Below are positions 45,451-56,481 of a DNA stretch of 64,000 nucleotides, piece by piece. The first letter of the stretch is position 1. Each line of letters opens with the position of its first letter. The notes beneath the pieces were generated by a model. It saw nothing but the letters and a program-made list of their open reading frames with translations. It was not told the DNA's origin and searched no databases. Source of the stretch: a virus. The DNA lies in IMG/VR virus record IMGVR_UViG_3300002307_000027, positions 51,970 to 115,969 of that record; one strand, 5' to 3'. Made by a program: the position numbers and the translations under genes.

Positions 45451-48301
45451 TTCTAAACTTCGCATACTCTGTACTTAGATCGCGAAGCACAAATTCACTA
45501 ACCGGTTGCATCGGATTATCGCCCTTGGCTACTTTTGGAAAAGTCTTCTTAGGTTTGTTTAACCCACCGGATAGCATCATGTTCATATAGTCTATGTTAC
45601 TATACTCTTGTTTTGGCTCATTGCCCCATGCTTCTTCTTCCATACTTCCGTCCGGACGACCATTCCCACCACTTTCGGGTTCGGCTGCCGGTATTGGAGG
45701 ATTTACTCCTGCTTTAGGAGGAGTTGCCGCTGGTGCAGGTGTTGCTGAAGCTCCTGGATTAGGTGTGCCGGAACCCGGGGTAGTTGTCGCTCCGGCTGGT
45801 GCAGGTGTTGCTGCTGGTGCAGATGTTGCTGCTGGTGCAGGTGTTGCTGCCGGTGGTGTATTTGGAAGTTGACCAGTTCTTCTCAACCAGTCGTCTCTAC
45901 TAGCTGGCGTTTGTTTTGTACTGTCAGGTTGTACAAGTGCCGGTTTTCCTGTTGAGGCTGCTGCATCTTTATCTCCTCGTAGTTCGCCTGAAGATGCATC
46001 TGAATTTCCTAGTTTTTTAGCTGCATCTTGATAATTTGCATTTGTCATTTTTGGATCTGGAGTGTTTGCAGCAGGTTTAGCAGGAGATGTGCCACTTATA
46101 TCTATTCCGGCGGCCTTTGCAGCAGCTCTAGTTTCTGGTCCCATTTTCCCATCAACACCAAATTTTGGAAGTGTGCCGCCTTTGTCTATTATAGACTGTT
46201 GTATTTTCTTTATTGAATCTGGATCATTTCCGGACCCTGCTGGTGGAGTTTTTGGTTCTGCGCCTTGTCCTTGGCCTGATATTGTTTTTCCAGGTTGTGA
46301 TTGTCCTTGACCTTGACTTTGTCCTTGACCACGATTTAACCCGCCCAATGCTCCACCAATTAATGGTAATAGGGATTGTATCATTCCAACACCGTTATCT
46401 GGACGACCATATCCGTAACCGCCATTGTATCCACCGCGTTGCCAATAAGGACGTGGTTGGTTTAGACTGGCCATTGGATTATTGCGGAAAGAAGGCTGTC
46501 CAAAGTTAGGTCCGCCTCCTCTGCCGCCGCCCATGTTATAACGTTCATCTAATCGATCAGGATTGCCTGCTAATTTTTTCATAGCCCTTAGCTCATTAAC
46601 TTCTGCCAATAGCTTGTCATATTCTGCTTTCTTGGCAGCATATCTTTCACCGACTGCTGTGCTGCTAGGTCCACTAGCATCATTATTCTTCTTAGTAACG
46701 GCAGCTGATGCAGCAGGTGCTGTTGGTTTAAAACCTGCTGGAGCAAAACTCATTGCTCCGCCAGTACCGCCCGGTGCTGCAGGTGCTGAAGGTAGAGCAA
46801 CCGAAGGTGCTGCTGTTTTAGCTGCTGGTGCCGCAGCTGGTGCCGCAGCTGGTGCTTTTGGCTGTGCTAGCTTACCTGGATCATAAACTGGTTGTGTTGG
46901 TCCTTGTGCACCTTTTAAATCTCTCGAAGCTGCAATTTTTGAAGGATCATTTGCACCACCTGCGATAGCAGTCTTACCTTGGATAGCGTTCATCGCCTGA
47001 CCAACAGTAGCCCCTTGATTTTGTGCTTGAAAACCTTTAATAGTAGTTGGCGCTGCTGGTGCTGCTCCTGGTGCTTTAGGTGCTCCTGCTGCTGGTGCTG
47101 GTGCTGCTCCTCCTAATCCTGCAGGACGAGGTGTAGGAGTTGGTACCGGACCCCCTTGTGAAACTGGCTTTGCTCCTGGTGCTGCTAGTGCTGCTCCTGG
47201 TGCTGCTCCTCCTTTAGGTACTACTGCTGGTGCTGCTCCTCCTATTGTAGCTGCTCCTTTAAATCCTTTTGAATTTGGATCATTTGCTCCGCCAGCGATA
47301 GCAGTCTTACCTTGGATAGCATTCATTGCCTGTCCAACACTTGCTCCAGGATTGGCTTTTTGAAAGTCCTTGATAGTTCCGCTAAATTTTTCTGGCTTAG
47401 GAGTACCACTGCTACCTGTATTTGCCGCTGCTGGCGTTGAAGGTTCTAATTTGTTACTAGCTGGGGGTTGACCTGCTTGGGCATTAGGTGCAGCTGAGCT
47501 AGGGCCACTTGGAATTGGTGATGATGGAGTCGCACTTCCTCTTGTATCTTGTCCTACTGGTCCACTATTTCCTGTGTTTGATCCTAGAGATGAAGAAGGA
47601 ACAGTTGAAGGCGGTGGAGCACCTCCCGGTGTCTGGTTAGCCGGATTTTCGAGTCCACCACTCGGAATTGATGATGACCCCCCCGGTGCTGTTGAGGGCG
47701 GTGGAGTTGGAGCTGCTGCTGGTGGTGTAGTATTTCCTCCTGCTGCCGGAGTTCCAGCTTGTGGATCAGGGCTACCGTCTCCTATCTCATCTACTATAGA
47801 ATCGTGCTTTAGCCCAGCTAACTTCTTCATATTATTCATTTCTTCGTCTGTACTCTTAATCATATCACCAATAGGATCTTTAGCATCTGCTGAAGGCAAT
47901 GTCATTGGCTTTGAAGTTTTTCCGAAACCTGGTGAACTGATTAGATCACCAATCGGATCAGGACGAGCTGGTGGAGTAGGAACAGATGCCTTAGGTTCTG
48001 AAGCTTGCATATGAGGATTGTTAGCTGTTACAGGATCCATGTAATCCTTACCGCCAACCGTTACAGTTCCCTTAGTACCTTCATGATCCATAGGACCTTC
48101 ATCTACATCAGCATTCTTTATAACATCAAGTGTCTTTACCATTGGCATAGAAGGACCAACTTTTGGCATCATATCCTGTGTAACTGGTTTCTGACCACCT
48201 ACAGTAAATATCCTATTCATCATTGTAATGATGTCATCTGGACTATCGCCACTGGCGCTCATGTTTACGCTGACAGTTTCTCTAATATGATTTGGCTTCA
48301 T
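45434..48301 (-). CDS. Pro/Ala/Gly-rich virion protein with a peptidoglycan-binding domain
   Basis: IKKIQQ...FGVDGKMGPETRAA (PG_binding_1-like); duplicated VGQAMNAIQGKTAIAGGANDP. Confidence 0.8.
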   Translation of the reverse strand: MKPNHIRETVSVNMSASGDSPDDIITMMNRIFTVGGQKPVTQDMMPKVGPSMPMVKTLDVIKNADVDEGPMDHEGTKGTVTVGGKDYMDPVTANNPHMQASEPKASVPTPPARPDPIGDLISSPGFGKTSKPMTLPSADAKDPIGDMIKSTDEEMNNMKKLAGLKHDSIVDEIGDGSPDPQAGTPAAGGNTTPPAAAPTPPPSTAPGGSSSIPSGGLENPANQTPGGAPPPSTVPSSSLGSNTGNSGPVGQDTRGSATPSSPIPSGPSSAAPNAQAGQPPASNKLEPSTPAAANTGSSGTPKPEKFSGTIKDFQKANPGASVGQAMNAIQGKTAIAGGANDPNSKGFKGAATIGGAAPAVVPKGGAAPGAALAAPGAKPVSQGGPVPTPTPRPAGLGGAAPAPAAGAPKAPGAAPAAPTTIKGFQAQNQGATVGQAMNAIQGKTAIAGGANDPSKIAASRDLKGAQGPTQPVYDPGKLAQPKAPAAAPAAAPAAKTAAPSVALPSAPAAPGGTGGAMSFAPAGFKPTAPAASAAVTKKNNDASGPSSTAVGERYAAKKAEYDKLLAEVNELRAMKKLAGNPDRLDERYNMGGGRGGGPNFGQPSFRNNPMASLNQPRPYWQRGGYNGGYGYGRPDNGVGMIQSLLPLIGGALGGLNRGQGQSQGQGQSQPGKTISGQGQGAEPKTPPAGSGNDPDSIKKIQQSIIDKGGTLPKFGVDGKMGPETRAAAKAAGIDISGTSPAKPAANTPDPKMTNANYQDAAKKLGNSDASSGELRGDKDAAASTGKPALVQPDSTKQTPASRDDWLRRTGQLPNTPPAATPAPAATSAPAATPAPAGATTTPGSGTPNPGASATPAPAATPPKAGVNPPIPAAEPESGGNGRPDGSMEEEAWGNEPKQEYSNIDYMNMMLSGGLNKPKKTFPKVAKGDNPMQPVSEFVLRDLSTEYAKFRNDRLS

Positions 48302-48951
48302 TATCTCATACCTTTAGGTTTAGGCATCTTCCTGTTAGCAAATGGGCTGTTAGAATCTGCGTCTTTATTTGATTGTTCTTTTATATTTGAATCGTTTGGA
48401 ACTGATTTAGCAAGCAGCTCGTCATTAACACCTTTCCATTGTGTCAATGAGTGCGTTTCTTTGTTTAGTTCTTTGAGGAAAGTCATTAGGTGCTTTTCAC
48501 CAACCATGTCAGTACCGCAACCGCAATCCTCTAGTTCTGGATCCATTAGCTTAATGTCGTACTTTCCGTTCTTAGGAAATGCTGCCGCATTGTCTCTATC
48601 ATCCATTAGCTTCTGATATTCTTCAGTTGGCTCATAAGCAGTGCGTACTACGATCCTAGAATCGTTTATACCTATCATTTCGCTTACATAATTTCTTAGT
48701 ACTGGACTAATGACTGGATATTCAAAGCTAACTTCGTATATATGAACAGTTGCGTTTTCGTGTCCTGGAAAATCTAATGGTAGCTTCTGTACGGGTGTGC
48801 TGGTCTTGTCCATGCTAAGACAGCTGTACTTCTCTAGGCTACTCCTCAACTTCTTATCAAATTGTTCGGGTAAATCTCCGACTACCTTGATCTTAAAGTC
48901 ATATGTTCTTGTTACTTTGGTCTCATAAAGATATTGACTAAAATTTTTCAT
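48301..48951 (-). CDS. Putative head/internal protein
   Basis: MKNFSQYLYE start resembling the T4 capsid-targeting sequence; late promoter at 48970. Confidence 0.75.
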   Translation of the reverse strand: MKNFSQYLYETKVTRTYDFKIKVVGDLPEQFDKKLRSSLEKYSCLSMDKTSTPVQKLPLDFPGHENATVHIYEVSFEYPVISPVLRNYVSEMIGINDSRIVVRTAYEPTEEYQKLMDDRDNAAAFPKNGKYDIKLMDPELEDCGCGTDMVGEKHLMTFLKELNKETHSLTQWKGVNDELLAKSVPNDSNIKEQSNKDADSNSPFANRKMPKPKGMR

Positions 48952-48968
48952 AATTCGTGATCCTTAAA

Positions 48969-49469
48969 CTATTTATCTATCTTTTTGAGTTTTTCTAACA
49001 AACTGTTGCGATCGCTGATCACGTAGTCAGTCATGTCTAGCGTGTTATCGTCTCCGCTCTTATTAGCGAGATCTTGATCTATTTTTTGTTTCTTTAGCTG
49101 TAGATCTACTATCCTCAGCTTCTTATCTATCTTAGCTGTTTTTGCATCGATCGCGTTTTTAAGCATATTAGCCGCAGTTTCAAATATCTTGCTGCTGTAG
49201 CGTACTTCAACATTCATACCTAGATCCATTAGATCTTCATATGCTTTAGTAGCTTTCTCAGCTAAGTCATCAAATTCCTTATCGCTAGTAGATCCTAGAC
49301 CTTCTACTGCGGGAAGCGCAAATGCGACTTTGTCAAACTGCTGTAATGCTAACTCGATCTCTTCTTGTTTAGCGAGTTCTCTGCTAGCAGATTTAATTTC
49401 TTTTTGTATATTTTTGATCTCTTCCTTATGTTCAGGAAGGTTTAGCAGATCCTCTAGTTTTTTCGTCAT
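48969..49469 (-). CDS. Terminase small subunit (gp16-like), tentative
   Basis: Helical; LMDLGMNVE...FETAANMLKNA pattern; gene context. Confidence 0.5.
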   Translation of the reverse strand: MTKKLEDLLNLPEHKEEIKNIQKEIKSASRELAKQEEIELALQQFDKVAFALPAVEGLGSTSDKEFDDLAEKATKAYEDLMDLGMNVEVRYSSKIFETAANMLKNAIDAKTAKIDKKLRIVDLQLKKQKIDQDLANKSGDDNTLDMTDYVISDRNSLLEKLKKIDK

Positions 49470-49472
49470 ACA

Positions 49473-49916
49473 TTACTTATTTTTTTTCTTGCCCTGATGG
49501 AATAAATCATTCTCATTTATCACACGGAACTTGATACCTTTTTGTTTAGCCCAAGCGTGTGCTGCTTCCCATTTGGCCATGTTCTTAACATACTGTGTTT
49601 GATTAACAACGTTGCTACCAACTTTTTCTATCAGCTGCTGGTTGCTAGGTTTTATTTCGATTAGTTCAGCGTGTTGCTTGCTATTCCTATCAGTATATAC
49701 GATCATAAAATCTGGAACATATACTGTATGCTTGTTTGTTACTGGACACTTGTAGGGTATCTTAACACTTTCGCTAGCCCAATGATGTATGTTTGGATGC
49801 TCGTCACAGGTTTTCATAAACATAAATTCCCAACTGCTCCTGTAGTGGGGATGATTAGTACCAACATATTTGTGTTGGTTTTTCATAGTGAACTTGCCTT
49901 GTGCGAACTTGCCCAT
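49473..49916 (-). CDS. Head completion nuclease (T4 gp4-like)
   Basis: YRSSWE, YVPDF, IEIKP, AKWEAA. Confidence 0.9.
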   Translation of the reverse strand: MGKFAQGKFTMKNQHKYVGTNHPHYRSSWEFMFMKTCDEHPNIHHWASESVKIPYKCPVTNKHTVYVPDFMIVYTDRNSKQHAELIEIKPSNQQLIEKVGSNVVNQTQYVKNMAKWEAAHAWAKQKGIKFRVINENDLFHQGKKKNK

Positions 49917-50302
49917 TAGACTAAAATATTCCTCAGTTCAAAATCGTGCTCATTGTCCTGATTAACTCTATTAGCTAATGCACTGATAGGCACTCTATTG
50001 TAGTTTAATATCTCTATTATTATCTGGCTTAACTGTAGAGAGTTAAGACCTTTAAGTTTGTCAAGCAACTGGAAAACACTAATTGGTGGGCTTTCTGCCC
50101 TAGCCTGTTTCTGTAGTGTAGCTGCTAGCGCACCGGCAGCACTTTTTTCATATCCTCGACTAGTAAAGAATCCTATAACAGCATCGCTCTCGTTTGCTGA
50201 AAATGTAAGAGGCTGTTGATAGTAAGTATCAAAAAATTGCTTCATCTTTGAGCTGCTATCTTTTGTATTATTAGCTGGTAAATTCGTGTTACTAGTGTTC
50301 AT
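49916..50302 (-). CDS. Hypothetical virion protein
   Basis: ORF in the structural operon. Confidence 0.7.
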   Translation of the reverse strand: MNTSNTNLPANNTKDSSSKMKQFFDTYYQQPLTFSANESDAVIGFFTSRGYEKSAAGALAATLQKQARAESPPISVFQLLDKLKGLNSLQLSQIIIEILNYNRVPISALANRVNQDNEHDFELRNILV

Positions 50303-50312
50303 ATGTTTGATC

Positions 50313-51596
50313 CTATGCGATTACTGTATCGGCACCTGCAGCATCAAAATCTAGAGATGCTGTAGAAGTATTAACGTCAGTTGGTTCTGGTGCTGGTGGT
50401 GCTGGTGGACCCTGTACTTCTCCTCCAGCATCTCCTGTATTATTATAAGCGTCTTTTGCAGGAGCTTTATCATTACTTGATCCACCTGGATCTGTTTCTG
50501 AAGCTACTCCACTCTCATTAGTAGTTTCTTGATTTTGATCGTTCCTTGATCCAGTAAATAGTCCGCCAATTAACCCGATACCAGCAGTAACTAATCCTTG
50601 TGCTGCTCCAGCTGCTAGGCCAAATTCTAAACCTCTTAGCCCACCCATTTGTCTGTTCTGTGGATATCCATAGAAAGACTGTGACCCATATCCAAACGGT
50701 ATCCTATTTCCTTGATTAATATCAAATGGTCTTTTACGCCTTGGATCAGATATCATTTTATCTATTGGATTAAGTGTATTGCTTAGACGACCTTCTCCGT
50801 AAATACCTTCTATCCCCTTCGTATGTACATTATCATTTACTAACGGACTAGGGATATTATCATAATGTAACACTGCCCATCCTGCAGGATCATCTACATC
50901 CATATAGCCATTGTTATATATAACAGAATCAAATACAACGCTGAGTTTGTGATTTATAGTGCTAGCAGGTTCGTCTTGATTTACACTGTCGTGGTCCCAT
51001 TGTGTTATCTTAGGTAAGCATAATAGATAGCTGTTAAATTGATGTCTGTTGATAGTAAACAGCTGTATGCTATGGAAGAAAGGTTCTTTGCTCCTAGAAT
51101 CGTTATCTAATCCATAACGGAAAGGCCATCTTCCTTTATTATGGTAGGTATGTGATTGATAAGCTGCTGGAAAAACATCATCATATGGTCCAGCGTTATT
51201 GTTCCTGTCAGCGAAATAATATCCGTAATAATTAGCCCATAATGAATTAACATTGCCATTGTTATCATCGTGCATAACCATGTTGATTGGCATGTATGTT
51301 ATCTTTTTATATACGTGTGTTTTTCGATTATATTGATTGAGAGATTCGGTATCGATCTGGAACTTTGGAAGATCTGTGCTACGTACTAGATAATTTAATT
51401 CTAGGCCTATCTTTGATTGTAAATTAGCAGCTACCCTAGGATTAATATTGAAAACAACATAATAGAGGAATTTAACTTTAGGTGATAGTCTAAAGTTGTC
51501 GTCTATATAGAGTCTAGCCGCGTGTTGATAGTCTCCTAGGTCGCCTTTGTTGCCTGTGAGCGTATTTCCAAGATAACCATCTAATTTATTTGCCAT
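50313..51596 (-). CDS. Tail-tube-related baseplate/initiator protein
   Basis: STDLPKF...NQYNRK...ITYMPINMVMHDD tube-fold pattern. Confidence 0.7.
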   Translation of the reverse strand: MANKLDGYLGNTLTGNKGDLGDYQHAARLYIDDNFRLSPKVKFLYYVVFNINPRVAANLQSKIGLELNYLVRSTDLPKFQIDTESLNQYNRKTHVYKKITYMPINMVMHDDNNGNVNSLWANYYGYYFADRNNNAGPYDDVFPAAYQSHTYHNKGRWPFRYGLDNDSRSKEPFFHSIQLFTINRHQFNSYLLCLPKITQWDHDSVNQDEPASTINHKLSVVFDSVIYNNGYMDVDDPAGWAVLHYDNIPSPLVNDNVHTKGIEGIYGEGRLSNTLNPIDKMISDPRRKRPFDINQGNRIPFGYGSQSFYGYPQNRQMGGLRGLEFGLAAGAAQGLVTAGIGLIGGLFTGSRNDQNQETTNESGVASETDPGGSSNDKAPAKDAYNNTGDAGGEVQGPPAPPAPEPTDVNTSTASLDFDAAGADTVIA

Positions 51597-51613
51597 GTAA
51601 TTATTTATGCCAC

Positions 51614-51642
51614 AAAAAAAGACCAGACAGTCTGGTCTTTTT
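51614..51642 (-). terminator. Bidirectional terminator after the tail tube gene
   Basis: A7-GACCAGA-cag-TCTGGTC-T5. Confidence 0.85.
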
Positions 51643-51662
51643 GAATATCAATTTAGTACCTA

Positions 51663-52286
51663 TTAACCAGCACCAGTTGAGATAGCACCAACAGTACGTC
51701 CAACATTAACACCAATACCACTTCCCTGTGGAACCTGTATAGCATTATCGTAACGTATGCTTAGTCCAATCTGTATAGCGTCGTTTGCACTGTAAGCAAG
51801 CTGTCCATAGTTAGCTGAAACTAGGAAGCAACCATATAGTTCCCAAGTTTCTAATACATTTGGTGTATAAGCGCCGTTACCGCCATCGAGTATTTCGATA
51901 CGTGTTAGGAACTTGTAATCAACACCACTTGCTGCCGATGACTGCTCATAGAAATCAAACTGCTTCTGCATCTGCTCTGCAACAAGCTTCTGTACAATGC
52001 CTGTAGCATCTTCACGTATGTTGACGCTAACTGGTTGCCAAGCGTGTCTACCAGCAAGATAAACTTGTGAATTGTATGAATTCATAGTTATTTCTTGAAA
52101 GCTTACATTTGGTTTTGTGCAATCAACTATCTGCCTTGATAGTTCGGTAGTTGGGTTAGTTACCCCGAAACCGTCAAAGGTAACCCTAAAGCGATAACTC
52201 AGCTTAGGCATCAACAGAGTCTGGTTGCTAGAGCTCTGGTCCGATGCTAGCGGAACGCTTAATTTTGTTAGTGTTGAAATCGCCAT
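51663..52286 (-). CDS. Tail tube protein (gp19-like)
   Basis: Follows the sheath; YLAGRHAW...WELYGCF...IRYDNA. Confidence 0.9.
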   Translation of the reverse strand: MAISTLTKLSVPLASDQSSSNQTLLMPKLSYRFRVTFDGFGVTNPTTELSRQIVDCTKPNVSFQEITMNSYNSQVYLAGRHAWQPVSVNIREDATGIVQKLVAEQMQKQFDFYEQSSAASGVDYKFLTRIEILDGGNGAYTPNVLETWELYGCFLVSANYGQLAYSANDAIQIGLSIRYDNAIQVPQGSGIGVNVGRTVGAISTGAG

Positions 52287-52343
52287 TCTAAACTCCTAGT
52301 TATACTTTATTTATTATCAAACCACCGTCAATTTTTGGCTGGG

Positions 52344-55300
52344 TTATTTACTTGATAACCCAGCTATAGCTCCAGTATTCTTAATCCTTATTGGAATATA
52401 GATAAACTCAATAGCCTTAACTGGTTCGATAGCTATGTCGATATACAATTCGTTAGCATCGATCCTGCTCGGTGTGTTGTTTGACGTGTCACAAACTACT
52501 AGGTAGTCGTAAAGCGCACGTTGTCCAACTAGTTCTAGCATTAAGCTTTCTACTGTTGCCTTGACTGAATCTCTTGTAGTCTTGTCGTTTGGTTCAAACA
52601 GATAAGGCTTAGCAAGTATTGAAAGCTGTGTGCGTAGATAAACGATAAGCCTTACTACGTTAATCCTATCCATTGCGCTAGCAAGTGGTGCCCTAGTCTT
52701 CTGTCCAAATACTGTTAGACCGCTTCCAACTAAGAATGTTATAGGATTAATAGCCTGTTGATAAAGTGTATCACGCTGACCATTATTAAGTGCTATACTC
52801 TTAAATTCGCCTGTAGCTGCTTCTACATACCCACTTGCTGTAGCATTGTGTACAATACCACGACGTAGTCCTGCTGGAGCAAACCAAGGATAGCTTACGC
52901 TGTCGCTTAGGCTAATAGTCCTTAGCGCCATATGGCTCGGAGGAACTACGATGCTATTACCAAAGTTATCAGTTGTGTAACCGCTTGGATAGTAAACACC
53001 TAGATAGTCATCAAATGATACTAGTCCTTTTTCGTTGTTATCAACTGCTACTTCTGCGTTTGAGAAGTAGTTAACAAGTGATGTAGCATCGCTTGGTAGA
53101 CGGAAAGGTGTATCACCAACTATGAAAGCAGTCTGCTTACGATCTAAGTTAAGTTCTATCATGTTTGCTATTAGTTCTACATAACCTGGTGTTGCGATTA
53201 GATTGAAGAGCCTTCTTTCGTCGTCACGTATATCCTGGTTAGTATCAACAAGTGCCTTAAGATGTTGTACTACTACTGCACGCTGAGCCTTGCGGCCAAA
53301 GTTTGCAACGAAGTGTTCATCTGATCCGCTTCCTGATATCCAACGATTTGGATAATAGCTTTCCATGCTCTCACTGTTGAATCTCAAGTTAATAGCACCG
53401 TTAGTTACGTTAATATAATTTTCTGCATATTTCTTTACAGTAAATCCGCTACGGCGTGTATTGAATAGTAACATACCACGTGGATAGAGGTCCGGATCTG
53501 GAGCATCCCAATCTATGAAGTTACTGGTTAATAGATCTGCAATATCCCCTGGCATATCGCTATTTGCGCCGTTAGTATTATAACGAGCATCTGCAAATAT
53601 GATACCACTTTCTGTTGTATGATCTGTATTATCAACTGGTACCCAAGATAGGCTATAATTGTCCCAAATATTTATTATTGGGTAGTTTTCGATATCACTA
53701 GTGTCAATCCATATATCACCAGTACGTAGATGTGTTCCATCGCTTTGGCTAGTTGGCTTAGATGCTTGTACTAGAGGACCTGCAGGATCAGTTAAGAAAT
53801 CTGCTCCGCTCACACTATAGTAAGGGCTAGTTGGGTCTCTATAACCTACCCAAGTGTGTCCATTGTGTACCATGATGTCTACTTGATCAAGTATGTTGTT
53901 GTACCACAGTGTTCCTGGCAATGGTTTGTTGTTTGGAGCAACATCACTTGCTGTATACATTAGTGGTTCCCAGTTTGTAGCTACAAAATTGTGTGCAGTA
54001 TCACCTGCAGGTGCTGCAAATAGACTATCTGTACCTGTTCCTAAATTCATATCGTATGCAGAATAGCCCAACTGGACTAGTGCATCGTCTGTTTCATTAG
54101 GGAATGTACCGCTCTGGAGACCTTGTCCGATGCGTATTTCTCCGCCTCTGTTGTGCTGTATGATAACTCTATTCATAGCATCAACTTTAGCTTCTATGTT
54201 AGTAAATCCTGCTGCATTAATAGTTTCTGCTAGTAATGCTGCGTCAGTTGTTGCAGCATCTGCTGTAAATTCTATCACTCTATCAACATCCAATGCTGCT
54301 TGGCCTACTAGAGTTTCTGCCATGCTAAACTGATAAGTTTTCCTAGCATATGCAGTTGCAGTAAGTTCAATTGGACTTCCTGAACTAGCAACTGTCTGTG
54401 ATACTGATACAGTGTATATGCCAACTCCACCATTTGATCCTGATACAAATGAAACGATTGTAGTTCCTGCTGTTACACCAAGTCCTGTGATTACTTGATT
54501 AGCTGCTACTGTTCCTAAAGTTATTGTAGTAACGTGTAGCTGTGCACCAACAATATATCCATTGAAAGTAAATCCTTCACTAGCTGTTGGGAATGTAGTA
54601 GCGTCTATTACTTTACTAGCAAAACTAGTTGGATCTGGACGCATCCTGCGGAAGATCTTATAGTCGCCATATGATGGACTACCGTCTACCTGTATTTCTT
54701 CGCTAACGTTAAACTGTGCGTATAGTGTACCAGCTGCTATATTCTTACCGCCGCCTGCTAGGTCGAGCTTATATGTAGCACTTTGATTGCTGTCATAAAC
54801 TGGGCAAGTGATCCTATTCCAACTAGTAGTTGATGAGCTCCAAGATTTAACATCTAAGTATGCTCCTAGATTTACATTAGTAGTCTTTAGCCATAAGCTG
54901 CCTGACGGACGGGGGAATAAATCCCTAGTCTTATAACGAGGAATCGCAGTATGTGATTGTATACTTAATTCTGGACCGTAATATGTTCCAGTTGCTATTC
55001 CAACTGCACTATCACCAACTGTTGATGCTACGATTGCTGTGTGACCGGCAGTAGTTGTTCCTGCTCTTAATTCAATAGCATTGGCAGCTGGATTTGAAAA
55101 CTCGACAGCTCCGTTAACTAATGCGCTATTGCTAGTATTCATATAAATGATGTTGTTTATTGGATCAATAGCAGTAACTTTAGAACCGTATGTGATGCCT
55201 GCACCAAATACATTGTTTCCTACTGTAACGCCTGTAATACTGTCAACAGTAATATAATCGTCGCCAATAAAACCAGTAGCAGTAGTTTCTACATAGTAAT

Positions 55301-56408
55301 CCTGGAAGATAACAGTAATGCTACTAATATTCTGGCTCAGTGGGTAACTTAGTGTAATCACGTTTGCGTTAATATCTACTACAGTACCTGGAACATTTTG
55401 GCTTAATCCATTATTAAACCAATGACCATTAGTATCGGTTACTGTCATTCCTATAACAATGCCAGTTGAACTACCTACTGTAATGTGTGTAGGATTAACT
55501 GTGTGGCTACCAGATGCTGTTGTTTCAACATTAGTAGATGTGTTACCATTAGTGAATAACTGTAGTCTAGCGTTTACTATGTCTGCTGTAACGCCGTGTG
55601 CGTCTGTGAGACTATTAATATTAGTCTTTAGGCTTGATAGACTAGTTCCACTTGTTGTAATGAGGATATCGTTAATGTAGAATGTATCACCAATACCAAT
55701 CGAAGGATTGCTCTTAGTTCCTTTTACTGCTGGCCAGCTCATATACCAATCACTGCTGCCAACTTCTACCCAGGCACCCATGTAATTCTTGAAGTAAACA
55801 GCTAGGCTAGTTGATACTGCCACTATAGCATATGCACCAATAACCCCAACAGCTCCACTTGGGAATCCTGTCATTGGATCTAGTTGTGTTTCATCGGTGA
55901 TTACAACAGGATGAACATTTGTAAATTGCTGTCCACCAGCAGTGTTGCTTGCTTCACCGTTCCACTGGAATATGCCCCAATGGCTATTAAGTGTGTCTAA
56001 CCAATATGTTCCATCTGCTGGATAGCTTGATGGTTCAGATGTGCTCGGTAGCAACTGTGTTGTATCAATATCTGCACGTATTACCCAAGCCGCATTGTTA
56101 ACAGCTAGATAGCTGTAAGCTGCTTGTAGTCCGTATTCATTAAGTTCGCCGCCGTGTACTGGATTCTGACTGTTATCTTTCTGGAAGAATGGGTCGCCGA
56201 ATGTGTTGCCTAAATCTCTCTGGCTAGTAAGCAGATATGCTTTTCCAGCATTTGCTTTTAGCGTACCAACTGCAATACCTGATCCAGCTGTGTTGGTCTT
56301 GTTCTCTTTAGAAACTACTACGATGAGTGGTACTGTACCTGGTCCAGCTGGTAAGTAAAAGCTCTCGTCAATTACCTGTACGTCAATGCCGGGCGAAACT
56401 AATGTCAT
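52344..56408 (-). CDS. Contractile tail sheath protein (gp18-like) with large inserted domains
   Basis: LVSPGIDVQVIDES start; PWFAPAGLRRG, INPI, DRINVVRL, EFIYIPI. Confidence 0.95.
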   Translation of the reverse strand: MTLVSPGIDVQVIDESFYLPAGPGTVPLIVVVSKENKTNTAGSGIAVGTLKANAGKAYLLTSQRDLGNTFGDPFFQKDNSQNPVHGGELNEYGLQAAYSYLAVNNAAWVIRADIDTTQLLPSTSEPSSYPADGTYWLDTLNSHWGIFQWNGEASNTAGGQQFTNVHPVVITDETQLDPMTGFPSGAVGVIGAYAIVAVSTSLAVYFKNYMGAWVEVGSSDWYMSWPAVKGTKSNPSIGIGDTFYINDILITTSGTSLSSLKTNINSLTDAHGVTADIVNARLQLFTNGNTSTNVETTASGSHTVNPTHITVGSSTGIVIGMTVTDTNGHWFNNGLSQNVPGTVVDINANVITLSYPLSQNISSITVIFQDYYVETTATGFIGDDYITVDSITGVTVGNNVFGAGITYGSKVTAIDPINNIIYMNTSNSALVNGAVEFSNPAANAIELRAGTTTAGHTAIVASTVGDSAVGIATGTYYGPELSIQSHTAIPRYKTRDLFPRPSGSLWLKTTNVNLGAYLDVKSWSSSTTSWNRITCPVYDSNQSATYKLDLAGGGKNIAAGTLYAQFNVSEEIQVDGSPSYGDYKIFRRMRPDPTSFASKVIDATTFPTASEGFTFNGYIVGAQLHVTTITLGTVAANQVITGLGVTAGTTIVSFVSGSNGGVGIYTVSVSQTVASSGSPIELTATAYARKTYQFSMAETLVGQAALDVDRVIEFTADAATTDAALLAETINAAGFTNIEAKVDAMNRVIIQHNRGGEIRIGQGLQSGTFPNETDDALVQLGYSAYDMNLGTGTDSLFAAPAGDTAHNFVATNWEPLMYTASDVAPNNKPLPGTLWYNNILDQVDIMVHNGHTWVGYRDPTSPYYSVSGADFLTDPAGPLVQASKPTSQSDGTHLRTGDIWIDTSDIENYPIINIWDNYSLSWVPVDNTDHTTESGIIFADARYNTNGANSDMPGDIADLLTSNFIDWDAPDPDLYPRGMLLFNTRRSGFTVKKYAENYINVTNGAINLRFNSESMESYYPNRWISGSGSDEHFVANFGRKAQRAVVVQHLKALVDTNQDIRDDERRLFNLIATPGYVELIANMIELNLDRKQTAFIVGDTPFRLPSDATSLVNYFSNAEVAVDNNEKGLVSFDDYLGVYYPSGYTTDNFGNSIVVPPSHMALRTISLSDSVSYPWFAPAGLRRGIVHNATASGYVEAATGEFKSIALNNGQRDTLYQQAINPITFLVGSGLTVFGQKTRAPLASAMDRINVVRLIVYLRTQLSILAKPYLFEPNDKTTRDSVKATVESLMLELVGQRALYDYLVVCDTSNNTPSRIDANELYIDIAIEPVKAIEFIYIPIRIKNTGAIAGLSSK

Positions 56409-56481
56409 ATTCTATCTCCTATTATCACCGATCCTAGTAATATTTAGTTACATTTACTAAAAAACGTCTCGTAGGATGTAT

